Shown here: piece after piece, positions 11,961-25,965 of the stretch
How the letters are laid out: every line of letters begins with the position of its first letter
How positions within the stretch are numbered: position 1 is the stretch's first letter
NCBI RefSeq assembly: GCF_963853765.1
Contig: NC_088856.1
Span: 53,878,001-53,942,000 of the forward strand
Direction: 5' to 3'
Source: Magallana gigas
Taxonomy: Eukaryota
DNA: 64,000 bases
Notes under the pieces: generated by a model
The model's database searches: none
Told to the model about the DNA's origin: nothing
The model's input: the letters and a program-made list of their open reading frames with translations, nothing else
Program-made: the position numbers and the translations under genes

Positions 11961-13333
11961 TATTCATTATAATAACCACAATTATCTCGATTAACTAACG
12001 CAGGATTTCAAGACGCAAAGACAAGGTAGGCTTTCCAAAAAAATATTGAAATGATAACATTCGATTTTTTTTACAAAAATAAAGAACGCAAACAAACATA
12101 TGAGGACCTAATTTTTCTAACCTTAGATATCCATCATGTATTTAATACTCTGATATTAATCTAAAGCATTTAGAGAAGAAAAGGATTTACCAATTTTCAA
12201 AAATATTATTGACTAAGCAGTCATTAATTAATAAAGATTGCAATTAGGTCTATGAGGACAAGAATTCTTTTTAAAATAAAAAGTGAATACTAAAATTACC
12301 GATAAATACTCTGGTGGAAAGGTGTATTTTATCATTAAAAATACAGGAACTATTGAAAATAAATTTTATACCGTCTTAAATTTTTAAGAATTAATTTTTA
12401 TAGAATAAAAACAAAGGAAGGGAACCCTTCAGGAAAAAGAAAAGGTCATTTATTAGGACACATTCCGCTCTTACATATTGGGACTTAAACGTGAAAATGT
12501 TGTCCAAGTATACTGAGTATTAAGCCCATACATGTCTGTTATGCATCCAGATTGATGGGTCGGACACCTTTATATTACATACATCGTATATTATTCTTAA
12601 TAAGTTTATCAGAAAAGTACAGAAATCATTCTTCAATTGCTAAATCATCTCTTAAAAGTGTTGACTGCCGGGAAGCTAATAAGATGAAATAAAATTTCTC
12701 TCTTCAATATCTGTATCTGTTTATGCTAAACATACGTATTTGCACTAAGAAGTTACTTTAATTAAAACTGAGGATTCATTAGAATTGGTCATTATATTCT
12801 GAAAAAAATCTTTCTCTTTGAAATTATGTGGTTAGATTAATTTAAAAAAAACACAAAGATTTATGTATAAATCAAAAGTTTCTTAAAAAGTAAACTTCAA
12901 ATCGTATTCTTACTGGATAAACTACAATTTCTTTTCACTGCTATTTATATACTAGTAGATTTATTTTTATTTTGAGTGTATAACTTTTCTTAATTAACCC
13001 CTTTTGATTATAAGTTAAGTTACAAAACAATAAGAATGCATTTAATGTATGCATGTTTACAAATACATCGAGTTCACAGAAGTAAAATGTTACATTTAGT
13101 TCCAACTACGCTTTAGGACATTATTATAAATGTACTATTAATTGGGTTATCATCATAAACTACTGATACAAACTGTAACATGCTTTTCTATGGACACACA
13201 TTTGGTGCTCTATACATTTAGAAATCACACACAACAGGTGGCCAGTGGCAAACAATACATCCATTGTTTCAACACTTGTATATAAGCGTCATTATTTCAT
13301 TGAGTCTGCACAAAGTCTTCAACATTGTAAAAC

Positions 13334-13986
13334 ATGCAGACCTTCGTATTTGTTGCTGTTGCCTTGTCCGTTGTCTGTTTGGCCGAAAGCAGGGGTCTTG
13401 CTGGAGGACTAGGTAGAACAAAAAACGCCACCCCACAAACCCAGCGACTCGTGGATTCCGTGAGTATTACATTTGGAAAGTTTAAATTTATTTACATCTT
13501 ATTTCTGTGAATATGTTATAATGAATTCCCTGTATTTAATTGTTACCGACAGGTGCAAGATGAGATAATTGGTCAGCTTCCTCTGGGCTACGACAGGGAG
13601 CAGCCCTTACAGCTTACCGCCGTGTCATACAGAGATCAGGTCGTCGCCGGAATGAACTACTTCATCAAGGTTGGCCAAAACATTTTCAACCATAATACTC
13701 TGCATATTGAATTAGAAAACTTTGTGGATTTTTTTTTTTTTGTTTTTTTTTTGTTTTGTTTTTTTTTGGCGTTTTATATTTAGCAATCTGTGTAAATGTG
13801 TAAAGTTAAATGAAACAATTGTTCGCTAATCCACCTACATACGTCATCAATTCCAATGTATTTTAGGTTGAGACCGGATTCAACAGATACATCCATGTCA
13901 GAATCTACAAAGACCTGAGAGGCGATGCTTCCGTCACCAGAGTACAGTTAGAAAAGACTCTCTCTGACCCTATTGAATACTTCTAA
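13334..13986 (+). CDS. Secreted stefin-like cystatin copy 3, 120 aa (exons 13334-13459, 13553-13669, 13867-13986)
   Basis: Signal peptide, GLAGG, QVVAGMNYFIK, VETGFNRYIHVRIYKDLRGDASVTRVQLEKTLSDPIEYF*; TATATAAG at 13279. Confidence 0.93.
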
Positions 13987-15509
13987 ACCAAATGTGTGGC
14001 TCATTTCGCTTTTATTTTTGTATATGCAGAAATCATCTTAACTCAAAATAAATATCTTTAAAAAAAAAAAGATGCTTTAATCGTGATATTTTAATCAACA
14101 TATTTTGGTAAAAAAAAATCAGTGTTAGGTCTATCATATTTTTATTTGAAAAAGCTAGTTTCCATCTGTTTGAATAAGAGGACTTGATATCTAATATGTA
14201 ATCAAGATTAATACCATCACAGTGCTTTATTGTTCACATTTTATTAGGAGGGGAGATAAAATACAAGCTCAGCTACATACATTTTGAAATAAAATGAAAC
14301 GAAAATGACATGTTGCATTAAGAATCATCGGAAACATATATTCCATAAAGTCTTGTAATCGCAGCAAAAGCGGAGAGTCTTTTCGAGACTAGTGTTCATT
14401 TGATGTACCGTATATCCGGTATTTTTGAAGATTATCTATTTTTTGTATTATTTTCTATAAGAAACTTTTAAAATCGCAAAAATTGACTGACGCAAATAAA
14501 AAATGCTACATAGTTTCCCCCATTTTCGCGAATTTTGTGACACGCGAAAAAAACGGTTATATATACAGTATATCTAAAATCCCATGTTGTTTTCACAACA
14601 AATATAATACCGAGCGCAGCGAGAGGCGGGCGAAGCCTGCCTCGCGAAACGAGGATTAATGGTAACACGTATATATAGGAAAATCAGTGAAAAATGAATG
14701 TTGAATCAGGGGTACTAAGGCCAAAAAGAAGTTTCTTCCAGCCCTGGGTGCCGCCATATTGGCAGCCATTTTGTTTTTAAAAAGTTAGTTCGATCATTGA
14801 TTGACTGGTATTTTTCGATGTTTATTGCCCCTAAACTCGTTTAAATAAGTTCCAGTGTTTCAATAGAAGTGAATTTGAATTAAAAGAAATTAAAACGGAA
14901 ACCAGATAAGTTTCAATAGTGCTTCAGTCAAGAAACACGACTTGTTCTTTGTATGTCTTATCAAATTATCAGATGAAAAATAAAAACATTTACGTCAAGG
15001 AACTGATCTTTTAGATACTGAACAAAGTATGCAATTTTATTACAGCGGCATTCATATGAATTAAATTGATGAACAATAAAAGAAGAAATAAAACAAATTG
15101 GAATCACGTAATTGTCTTCGGCTATTTCCGAAGACAAAACTTGAACGTTTTACGTCTGAAATATGACGTCATAATGTAGACTGAGCACGCGACGTTTAGT
15201 TTAACTTTGACGAATGGTATGAGTAGGCAACCATGCAGGTGGATCCTACTGTGTGTGTTTTAAATAGATTTTATATTACAAAAATCAAACTGCACTGTGT
15301 TAAATCTGCGCTCGGTCCAACGGTCCCACCGTTTACATATTAAATCTCAAAAAAGGTTTGAATGTCATCTCCATCATTGCTGGAACATCTATATTTTTAA
15401 TGCCTCGTAATTTATATATGTATGGATAACTTTAACTCCGAAATAATATATGACTATGACAAGCAATTTTGAGACTTCAAAATATACGGACGTTAATGTA
15501 TAACCTTAT

Positions 15510-16182
15510 GGTGGCATACTTCTGCCCCTTGTGTGCAAGTTTTTTTTTTCATTAAATATGTCGACATGCAAGATAAATATGTTAACATGAAACATAAATA
15601 TGTCAACATGCAACATAAATATTTCGACATATGTTATAATTTTTTTTTAAAAACTGTCTTTAGGCTTCGTTACATAGGCCCAATACGTTGCATTTCTGTA
15701 TTGAGCTTTCTTTGTTAGGTGTCTATTTTAGAAACAAATGCGATTTGTTCTAAAGCTATTGAGAGCATACTAGTTTAGTGGAAAATAGGTGAAATACTAA
15801 ATAGTTTCATGATTTTATGACACAGAGTTTTAAAGTAAGTTGGTACGGGACATCTCCATGTTGTGACGTACTTCCTATCGAAATAAACAATGAAAACATC
15901 TATAATTCTATAATTTCTTTTTTTACCAATAAATTTGCATAACTGCGTAGCGCAAAAGGTGAAAGCGTTATTACGATTCTGTAAGTCATGAGTTCGAATC
16001 CCGCTTGGGTTTTTGAATTCTAAACCTGTCCAAAACTTTAAAAATCTTAACATGTCAAAACAATCTAAAAACAGATTTGTCAAATATCGCAAAATTTGAA
16101 AATGCTACACCGCTGCAGTGAAAGTAATTTGATTATGATTAACTTTAAAACATATTGATATCGACAGGTGTCCCATGCCACC
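15510..16182. mobile_element. Kolobok-type MITE with 21-bp internal repeats and a tRNA-like cassette
   Basis: Ends ggtggcat / atgccacc, flanks TTAT/TTAA; (taaatatgtcaacatgcaaca)-type repeats at 15555-15630; B-box gagttcgaatccc at 15990-16002 followed by T5. Confidence 0.6.
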
Positions 16183-17334
16183 TTAAAATAATGTATTTCA
16201 ATTCATCGATATCTTTAATTTGTAATAGAAGCCAATTTAGTATAAAAAAAAAAAAAACCAAAAAGTTGAAAATATCATGTTGCTTTTTCGTTTACCTATG
16301 ATACAAAAGGAATTTTTTGTCAAATGATAAAAACAGAAATTGTATGATGAACATAAAACTTAAAACCAATGATCTGGTGTTGTAAATTTTTATCGAATGT
16401 ATTTAACGATCCTGAAGATATGTCTTGTGGAATCTAAAAAGTAAATAATAAAAAATACATAGAAGTAGTCTTTTTTCTTAATCTCCAATCGTTTTAAATA
16501 TCTAAGAAATGAGTGTGTGGTCATATCTAATGCATAAACATGTCAATTTTTTAAATTTTTAAGTATTGTAAATTTATATGCGTGTCATGCTTATTGATTG
16601 ATAATACATGTAAATGTGCAAATGCTTGTAGGCGTATTGAATAAATGATTGTTTTCTTTACAAAAAAAAATTCTATATGTTCGCTTTTTTGGATATAAAA
16701 TATTACGTGGTTTTCATAACTTAAATTGCTTAAAGTCATATCAATACATTAACACAAACACGAGCGGATCATTCTTTAACAAATTATACAATTTTTATAT
16801 ATTTTCTTTAGAATCGATATTCAGAGATGATATAATCTATAGTTTTATATCAAATATGTGATGATGTTCGATGCTAACTGCCAGCAATGCACTAAATGTA
16901 TTTCACATAGAATTCTTGTCACGTGTCAAGTATACTGAGTATTAAGCCCATACATGTCTGTTATGCATCCAGATTGATGGGTCGGACACCTTTATATTAC
17001 ATACATTGTATATTATTCTTAATAAGTTTATCAGAAAAGTACAGAAATCATTCTTCAATTGCTTAATCATCTCTTAAAAGTGTTGACTGTCGGGAAGCTA
17101 ATTAGATGAAATAAAATTTCTCTCTATTCAATATTTGTATCTGTTAATGTTAAACATACGTATTTGCACTAAGAAGTTACTTTAATTAAAAATGAGGATT
17201 TATTAGAATTGGTCATTATATTCTAAAAAAAATATTTCTCTTTGAATTTATGTGAAGTTAGATTAATTCTTAAATAAAACACAAAGATTTATGTATAAAT
17301 CAAAAATTTCTTTAAAAGTTACCTTCAAATCGTA

Positions 17335-18463
17335 ATCATTTAAGTTTTATTCGTTTGATGAGATATCGGCGCTTCTGATTGGTCGAAACATTTCTTTAAT
17401 ACCTGTATCAATAAAATTTTAGCCGGATCTATTTTTCTCATATGTTCTGATTTAACACTATTTATAGTTCGGGAATTTCACAAATAAACACTGTCATCAA
17501 AATGTAAAGTTGTGTCTGTTTTATTGTCAGCAAACAAAATACAACTTTATAAACATAAAAACTTGAAAGTTTAACCTTCAAAAATAAACAAAACACATTA
17601 TTTGATTCACGAAATAGAAAATTAAGCGTCTTCTCACGATTTCGTCTGCTTGAGTTCAATCAACATTTACAGCGAGGCTGGCTGTTCCTTTTCCAGGAAT
17701 ATTAAAACGAACATAAAGGCCTAAACACTTTCACGGTAACACTGCTGTTTAAATTTGGTAACGATAATTTTTAAATTTACACACGTACATGATCGGTCAT
17801 CAGAATAAGCATCGTAAAGAAAAACTATGATCAATGCATCAACTCCTTCGGCGCATTCCAAGGGGCAGATATACCATTTAAGTACATCACTGGCTATCTA
17901 GTTATCATAACGTTTACAAAAGTCGCTTATACATACTATTCTTTGTCGACATATCAACTATCTTCGTCTACGATCGCCACTCCGTAGATGGCAAAGTCCA
18001 GATGCATATTCCAGCGATCTCACACGAAAACTAGTTTTATTACGAGTTTTTCTGCACAGTGAATAATATCATAAGCTATCGCATGTATTTTCCTTTCGTT
18101 TTCAATTCAGCCGGTTCAAATTTTAACTCACTATTTGTGTTTAATCCAATAAATTCAGCTCAATACCTCTGCATCAGCTGAAGGCGCATCCATTTTGAAT
18201 ATTGTTGCTGTTGTTGCTTTGTATTCATACGCGCCGCTTCATTTACATTATTTACATTTTTGATCAATGACACTTCACATTTTTTTATTTGAAAATGTTT
18301 TAATAAATGATAAGAAATGAAGATAATCATTTTTCTATTGATCGACGTATCAAAGAAATAATTGACCGGAAACATCAATGCACGTAGCGCATTGATGAAG
18401 TTTTCCGGTCAGTTTTTTCTTTGATACGTCGATCAATAGAAAAATTATTATCTTCATTTCTTA
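17335..18463. mobile_element. 1.13-kb non-autonomous element with a terminal 150-bp palindrome (18311-18463)
   Basis: Absent from unit 1 (empty site aaatcgta|ttcttactgg at 12906/12907), which defines the ends; a second copy is at 22212-23332. Confidence 0.8.
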
Positions 18464-18901
18464 ATTCTTACTGGTTAAACTACAAGTTTTATTTCACCGC
18501 TCTTTATATACTAGTAGATTTTTTTTATTTTGCGTGTGTAACTTTTCTTAATTAACTTTTTTTGATTTGAAGTTAAGTTACAAAACAATAAGAATGCATT
18601 TAATGTATGCATGTTTGCAAATACATCGAGTTCACAGAAGTACAATGTTACATTTAGTTCCAACTACATGTACGCTTTAAGACACTATTATAAATATACT
18701 TGTACTGTTAATTTGTTATCATCATAAACTACGGATACAGACTGTAACACGTTTTTCTATGGACACACATTTGGTGCTCTTTACATTTAGAAATCACACA
18801 CAACAGGTGGCCAGTGGCAAACAATACATCCATTGTTTCAACACTTGTATATAAGCGTCATTATTTCATTGAGTCTGCACAAAGTCTTCAACATTGTAAA
18901 C

Positions 18902-19596
18902 ATGCAGACCTTCGTATTTGTTGCTGTTGCCTTCTCCGTTGCCTGTTTAGTCCAAAGCAGGAACTACGGTCTTGCTGGAGGACTGGGGAGAACTAAAAAC
19001 GCCACCCCACAAACCCAGCGACTCGTGAACTCCGTGAGTATTACATTTGGAAAGTTTAAATTTCTTTACATCTTATTTCTGTGAATATGTTATAATGAGA
19101 TCCCTGTATTGATGCCGACAGGTGCAAGATGAGATTATTGGTCAGCTCCCTCTGGGGTACGACAGGGAGCAACCCTTACAGCTAACCGCCGTGTCATACA
19201 AAGAACAGGTCGTCGCCGGAGTGAACTACTTCATCAAGGTTGGCCAAAACATTTTCAACCATAATATTCTGCATATTAATAACTTTGAATTGGAAAACTT
19301 AGATATTTTGGCGTTTTATATTAAGTAATCTGTATATTACTTTAAACAAATGAAAAAGACCTAAACTCACACTGAAAATCAGCTTTCGTCGTTAAAGAAT
19401 GTATATGTGTAAAGTTAAATGAAACAATTGTTCGCTAATCCACCTATATACGTCATCAATTCCAATGTTTTTTTAGGTTGAGACCGGATTCAACAGATAC
19501 ATCCATGTCAGGATCTACAAAGACCTGAGAGGCGATCCTTCCGTCACCAGAGTACAGTTAGAGAAGACTCTCTCTGACCCTATTGAATACTTCTAA
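18902..19596 (+). CDS. Secreted stefin-like cystatin copy 4, 122 aa (exons 18902-19033, 19122-19238, 19477-19596)
   Basis: MQTFVFVAVAFSVACLVQSRNYGLAGG..., QVVAGVNYFIK, DLRGDPSVTRVQ...DPIEYF*; TATATAAG at 18848. Confidence 0.93.
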
Positions 19597-20385
19597 ACAA
19601 AATGTGTGGCTCGTTATGCTTTTATTTTTGTATATGCGGAAATCATCTTAACTCAAAATAAATATCTTTTACAAAAAAAAGATGCTTTAATCGTGATATT
19701 TTAATCAACATATTTTGGTAAAAAAAAAAAAATCAGTGTTAGGTCTATCATATTTTTATCTGAAAAAGCGAGTTTCCATCTGTTAGAATAAGAGAACTTG
19801 ATATCTATAAGTAATCAAGATTAATACTGTCACAGTGCTTTATTGTTCACATTTTTTTAGGAAGGGAGATAAAATACAAGTTCAGTTACATACATTTTGA
19901 AATAAATGAAACAAAAATGACATGTTGCATTAAGGATCTATAGGAAACCAATGTTCCATAAAGTCTTGTAATCGCAGCAAAAGCGGACAGTCTTTTCGAG
20001 CCTGGTGTTCATTTGATGTACCGTATATCCGGTATTTCTGGCGATTATTTATTTTCTGTATTATTTTCCATAAGAAACTTTTAAAATCGCAAAAATGACT
20101 GACGCAAATTAAAAATGCTACATAATTTCCCCCATTTTCGTGAATTTAGTGACACGCGAAAAAAAAACGTTTATATATACGGTATATTTAAAATCCCATG
20201 TTGTTTGCACAACAAATTACATAATAAATCTCAAAAAGGGTTTGAATGTCATCTTCATCATTGCTGGAACATCTTTTTTTAATGCCTCGTAATATTTATA
20301 TGTATGGGTGACTCCGAAATAAAATATGACTATGACAAGCAATTTTGAGACTTCAAAATATGCAGACGTTAATGTATAACATTAT

Positions 20386-21060
20386 GGTGGCATACTTCTG
20401 CCCCTTGTGTGCAAGTTATTTTTTCATTAAATATGTCGACATGCAAGATAAATATGTTAACATGAAACATAGATATGTCAACATTCAACATAAATATTTT
20501 GACGTGTTAAAATTAAAAAAAAAATGTCTTTAGGTTTCGTTACATAAGCCCAACACGTTGCATTCCTGTATTGAGCTTTCTTCGTTAGGTGTCTATTTTA
20601 GAAAAAAAAAATGGGATCTGTACTGAAGCTATCAAGAGCATGCTAGTTTAGTGGAAAATATGTCAATACTAAATAGTTTCATGATTTTATGACACAGAGT
20701 TTTAAATTAAGTTGGTACGGGACACCTCCATATTGTGGCGTTCTTCCTATCGAAATAAACAATGAAAACATGTATATTTCTTTAATTTCTATTTTTACCG
20801 ATATATTTGCATAACTGCGTAGCGCAATAGGTGAGAGCGTTATTGCGATTCTGTAAGTCATGAGTTCGAATCCTGCTTGGGCTTTTAAAATCTTAACCTG
20901 TCCAAAACTTTTAAAATCTTAACATCATGATGTCAAAACAATTTAAAAACAGATTGGTCAATTATCGCAAAATTTGAAAATGCTAAACTGGTAGGGTGGG
21001 AGTAATTTGATTATGATTAACTTTAAAACATATTGATATCGACAGGTGTCCCATGCCACC
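20386..21060. mobile_element. Duplicated copy of the Kolobok-type MITE at 15510
   Basis: Same ends (ttat|ggtggcat ... atgccacc|ttaa) at the same position in unit 2. Confidence 0.65.
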
Positions 21061-22211
21061 TTAAAATAATGTATTTCAATTCATCGATATCTTTAATTCG
21101 TAATAGAAGCCAATTTAGTAAATAAAAAAAGGGAAAATATCATGTGGCTTTTTCGTTTACCTAGAATACTAACAGAATTTTTTGTCAAATGATAAAAACA
21201 GAAATTGTATGATGAACATAAAACTTAAAACCAATGATCTGGTGTTGTGAATTTTTATCGAATGTATTTAATGATCATGAAGATAAGTTTTGAGGAATCT
21301 TAAAAAGTAAATTAAAACACCATGCATGGAAGTAGTCTTTTTTCTTAATTAATTTCCAATCGTTTTAAATATTTAAAAAATGAGTGTGTGGTCATATCTA
21401 ATACATAAACATGTCAATTTTTAAATTTTTAACCATTGTACATTTATATGCGTTTAATGTTTATTGATTGATAATACATGCAAATGTGCAAATGCTAGTA
21501 GGCGTATTGAATATATGTTTATTTTCTTAACCAAAAAAAATTCTATATGTTCCCTTTTTTGTATATAAAATATTACGTGCTTTTCATAACTTAAATTGCT
21601 AAAAGTCATATCAATACATTAACACAAACACGAGCGGATCATTCTTTAACAAAAGATGCAAACTTTATATATATTTTTTAAAATCGATATTCAGAGACGA
21701 TATAATCTATAGTTTTATATCAAATATCTGATGATGTTCGATACGAACTGCCAGCAATGCACTACATGTATTTCACATAGAATTCTTGTCACGTGTCAAG
21801 TATACTGAGTATACTATATTAAGCCCATACATGTCTGTTATGCATCCAGATTGATGGGTCGGACACCTTTATATTACATACATTGTATATTATTCTTAAT
21901 AAGTTTATCAGAAAAATACAAAAATCATTCTTCAATTGCTTAATCATCTCTTAAAAGTGTTGACTGTCGGGAAGCTAATTAGATGAAATAAAATTTCTCT
22001 CTATTCAATATTTGTATCTGTTAATGTTAAACATACGTATTTGCACTAAGAAGTTACTTTAATTAAAAATGAGGATTTATTAGAATTGGTCATTATATTC
22101 TGAAAAAAATCTTTCTCTTCGAAATTATGTGAAGTTAGATTAATTTTTAAATAAAACACAAAGATTTATGTATAAATCAAAAATTTCTTAAAAAGTTACC
22201 TTCAAATAGTA

Positions 22212-23332
22212 ATCATTTAAGTTTTATTCGTTTGATGAGATATCGGCGCTTCTGATTGGTCGAAAAATTTCTTTGATACCTGTATCAATAAAATTTTAGC
22301 CGGATCTATTTTTCTCATATGTTCTGATTTAACACTATTTATAGAACGGGAATTTCCAAAATAAACACTGTCATCAAAATGTAAAGTTGTGTCTGTTTTA
22401 TTGTCAGCAAACAAAATACAACTTTATAAACATAAAAACTTCAAAGTTTAACCTTCAAAAATAAACAAAACACATTATTTGATTCACGAAATAGAAAATT
22501 AAGCATCTTCTAACGATTTCGTCTGCTTGAGTTCAATCAACATTTACAGCGAGGCTGGCTGTTCCTTTTCCATGAATATTAAAACGAACATATAGGCCTA
22601 AACACTTTCACGGTAACACTGCTGTTTAAATTTGGTAACGATAATTTTTAAATTTACACACGTACATGATCGGTCATCAGAATAAGCATCGTAAAGAAAA
22701 GCTATGATCAATGCATCAACTCCTTCGGCGCATTCCAAGGGGCAGATATACCATTTAAGTACATCACTGGCTATCTAGTTATCACAACGTTTACAAAAGT
22801 CGCTTATACATACTATTCTTTGTCGACATATCAACTATCTTCGTCTACGATCGCCACTCCGTAGATGGCAAAGTCCAGATGCATATTCCAGCAATCTCAC
22901 ACGAAAACTAGTTTTAATACGAGTTTTTCTGCACAGTGAATAATATCACAAGCTATCGGATGTATTTTCCTTTCGTTTTCAATTCAGCCGGTTCAAATTT
23001 TAACTCACTATTTGTGTTTAATCCAATAAATTCAGCTCAATGCCTCTGCATCAGCTGAAGGCGCATCCATTTTGAATATTGTTGCTGTTGTTGTTTTGTA
23101 TTCATACGCGCCGCTTCATTTACATTATTTACATTTTTGATCAATGACACTTCACATTTTTTTATTTGAAAATGTTTTAATAAATGATAAGAAATGAAGA
23201 TAATAATTTTTCTATTGATCGACGTATCAAAGAAATAATTGACCGGAAAACATCAATGCATTGATGAAGTTTTCCGGTCAGTTTTTTCTTTGATACGTCG
23301 ATCAATAGAAAAACTATTATCTTCATTTCTTA
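22212..23332. mobile_element. Second copy of the palindrome-ended element
   Basis: Colinear with 17335-18463; palindrome at 23188-23332 with its apex deleted (catcaatgcattgatg). Confidence 0.8.
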
Positions 23333-23763
23333 TTCTTACTGGTTAAACTACATGTTTTATTTCATCGCTATTTATATACTAGTAGATTTATTTTTATTTT
23401 GCGTGTGTAACTTTTCTTATTTAACTTTTTTTGATTATAAGTTAAGTTACAAAACAATAAGAATGCATTTAATTTATGCATGTTTACAAATACATCGAGT
23501 TCACAGAAGTAAAATGTTACATTTAGTTCCAGCTACATGTACGCTTTGAGACATTATTATAAATATACTTGTACTGTACTGTTAATTTGGTATCATCATA
23601 AACTGTAACACGTTTTTCTATGGACACACATTTGGTGCTCTATACATTTAGAAATCACACACAACAGGTGGCCAGTGGCAAACAATACATCCATTGTTTC
23701 AACACTTCTATATAAGCGTCGTTATTTCATCGAGTCTGCACAAAGTCTTCAACATTGTAAAAC

Positions 23764-24408
23764 ATGCAGACCTTCGTATTTGTTGCTGTTGCCTTGTCCG
23801 TTGTCTGTTTGGCCGAAAGCAGGAGGGATGGACTCGCTGGAGGACTAGGTAGAACAAAACACGCCACCCCACAAACCCAGCGACTCGTGGACTCAGTGAG
23901 TATTACATTTGGAAAGTTTAAATTTCTTTACATCTTATTTCTGTGAATATATTGTAATGAATTCCCTGTATTGCTGCCGACAGTTGCGAGATGAGATTAT
24001 TGGTCAGCTTCCTCTGGGGTACGACAGAGAGCAGCCACTACAGCTTACCGCTGTGTCATACAGAGAACAGGTCGTCGCCGGAATGAACTACTTCATCAAG
24101 GTTGGCCAAAACATTTTTTTTTGGCGTTTCATATTTAGTAATCTGTTCATTACTTAAAACAAATGAAAAAGACCTAAACTCACACTGAAAAACAGCTTTC
24201 GTCGTTAAAGAATGTAAATGTGTAAAGTTAAATGAAACAATTGTTCGCTAATCCACCTACATACGTCATCAATTCCAATGTATTTCAGGTTGAGACCGGA
24301 TTCAACAGATACATCCACGTCAGGATCTACAAAGACCTGAGAGGTGGTGCTTCCGTCACCAGTGTCCAGTTAGAGAAGACTCTCTCTGACCCTATTGAAT
24401 ACTTCTAA
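23764..24408 (+). CDS. Secreted stefin-like cystatin copy 5, 122 aa (exons 23764-23895, 23984-24100, 24289-24408)
   Basis: ...CLAESRRDGLAGGLGRTKHATP..., QVVAGMNYFIK, DLRGGASVTSVQ...DPIEYF*; TATATAAG at 23709. Confidence 0.93.
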
Positions 24409-25184
24409 ACAAAATGTGTGGCTCATTTCGCTTTTATTTTTGTATATGCAGAAATCATCTTAACTCAAAATAAATATCTTTAAAAAAGATGCTTTTATCG
24501 TTATATTTTAATCAACATATTTTGTAAAAAAAAAAAATTGTTAGGTCTATCATAATTTTATCTGAAAAAGCGAGTTTCCAACTATGTGAATAAGAGGACT
24601 TGATTTCTAATATGTAATCAAGCTTAATACCATCACAATGCTTTATTGTTCACATTTTATTAGAAGGGGAGATAAAATACAAGTTCAGCTACAGACGTTT
24701 TGAAAAAAATGAAACAAAAATGACATATTGCATTAAGGATCTAGGAATTCAATGTTCCATAAAGTCCTATAATCGCAGCAAAAGCGGATAGTCTTTTCGA
24801 GCCTGGTGTTCATTTGATGTACCGTATATCCGGTATTTCTGGCGATTATCTATTTTCTGTATTTATTTCTATAAGAAACTATAAAAATCGCAAAAAAATG
24901 ACGGACGCAAATTAAAAATGCTACATAGTTTCCCCCATTTTCGCGAATTTAGTGAAACGCAGTTATATATACGGTATATCTAAAATCCCATGTTGTTTTT
25001 ACAACAAATATCATAATAAATCTCAAAAAAAGTTTGAATGTCATCTTCATCATCGCTGGAACATCTATTTTTTAATGCCTCGTAATTTTGATATGTATGG
25101 GTGACTTTAACTCCGAAATAAAATATGACTATGACAAGCAATTTTGAAAATTCAAAATATGCAGCCGTTAATGAATAACCTTAC

Positions 25185-25541
25185 TGATAAAGTTGGTACG
25201 GGACACCTCCATTTTGTGACGTACTTCCTATCGAAGTAAAGTTTAACAATGAAAACATGTATAATTCTATAATTTCTTTTTTTACCAATAAATTTGCATA
25301 ACTGCGTAGCGCAATAGGTGAGAGCGTTATTACGATTCTGTAAGTCATGAGTTCGAATCCTGCTTGGGCTTTTAAAATCTTAACCTCTCCAAAACTTTTA
25401 AAATCTAAACATGTCAAAACAATTTCAAAACAGATTGGTCAAATATCGCAAAAATTAAAAATGCTAAACCGGTGCAGTGAAAGTAATTTGATTATGATTA
25501 ACTTTAAAACATATTGATATCGACAGGTGTCCCATGCCACC
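25185..25541. mobile_element. 5'-deleted copy of the Kolobok-type MITE in unit 3
   Basis: Retains agttggtacgggacacc...gagttcgaatcc...atgccacc|ttaa; about 320 bp at the left end are missing relative to 15510. Confidence 0.6.
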
Positions 25542-25639
25542 TTAAAATAATATATTTCAATTCATCGATATCTTTAATTCGTAATAGAAGCCAATTTAGT
25601 AAAAAAAAAATAAAAATTGCAACTGCACATGAAGAGTGT

Positions 25640-25965
25640 ACCATATAACATAACGATTGAGTTTAGCTCTTTATGAAATGAGTCTATCATATATCATATA
25701 AAGATTTATTAATAGCATAAATAATGAATAAACTACTGCACATAATGATCTTACGACATAACGTAATGATCTTACCACTTCATATAAAGATTTTACCTCT
25801 GAATATAATGGCAAAATAAAGGTATATAATGATGTTACCACTGTATATAATGATGTTACAACTGCATGTAATGATATTACCACTGCATATAATGATATCA
25901 CTATTGCATATAAATGAAATACCAGTTCATATAATATGAAATTGACCATAAGTCAGCTATGGCGT
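25640..25965. repeat. Degenerate 21-bp minisatellite within an insertion specific to unit 3
   Basis: Repeated atataatgat(g/a)ttaccactgc; it interrupts sequence that is contiguous in units 1 and 2. Confidence 0.75.

Noticed and set aside
25671-25949. 92-aa ORF with heptad-like VVxSLY repeats
   Set aside because: Translation of a 21-bp minisatellite; the same applies to the KYVDMQ ORFs at 15533 and 20345.
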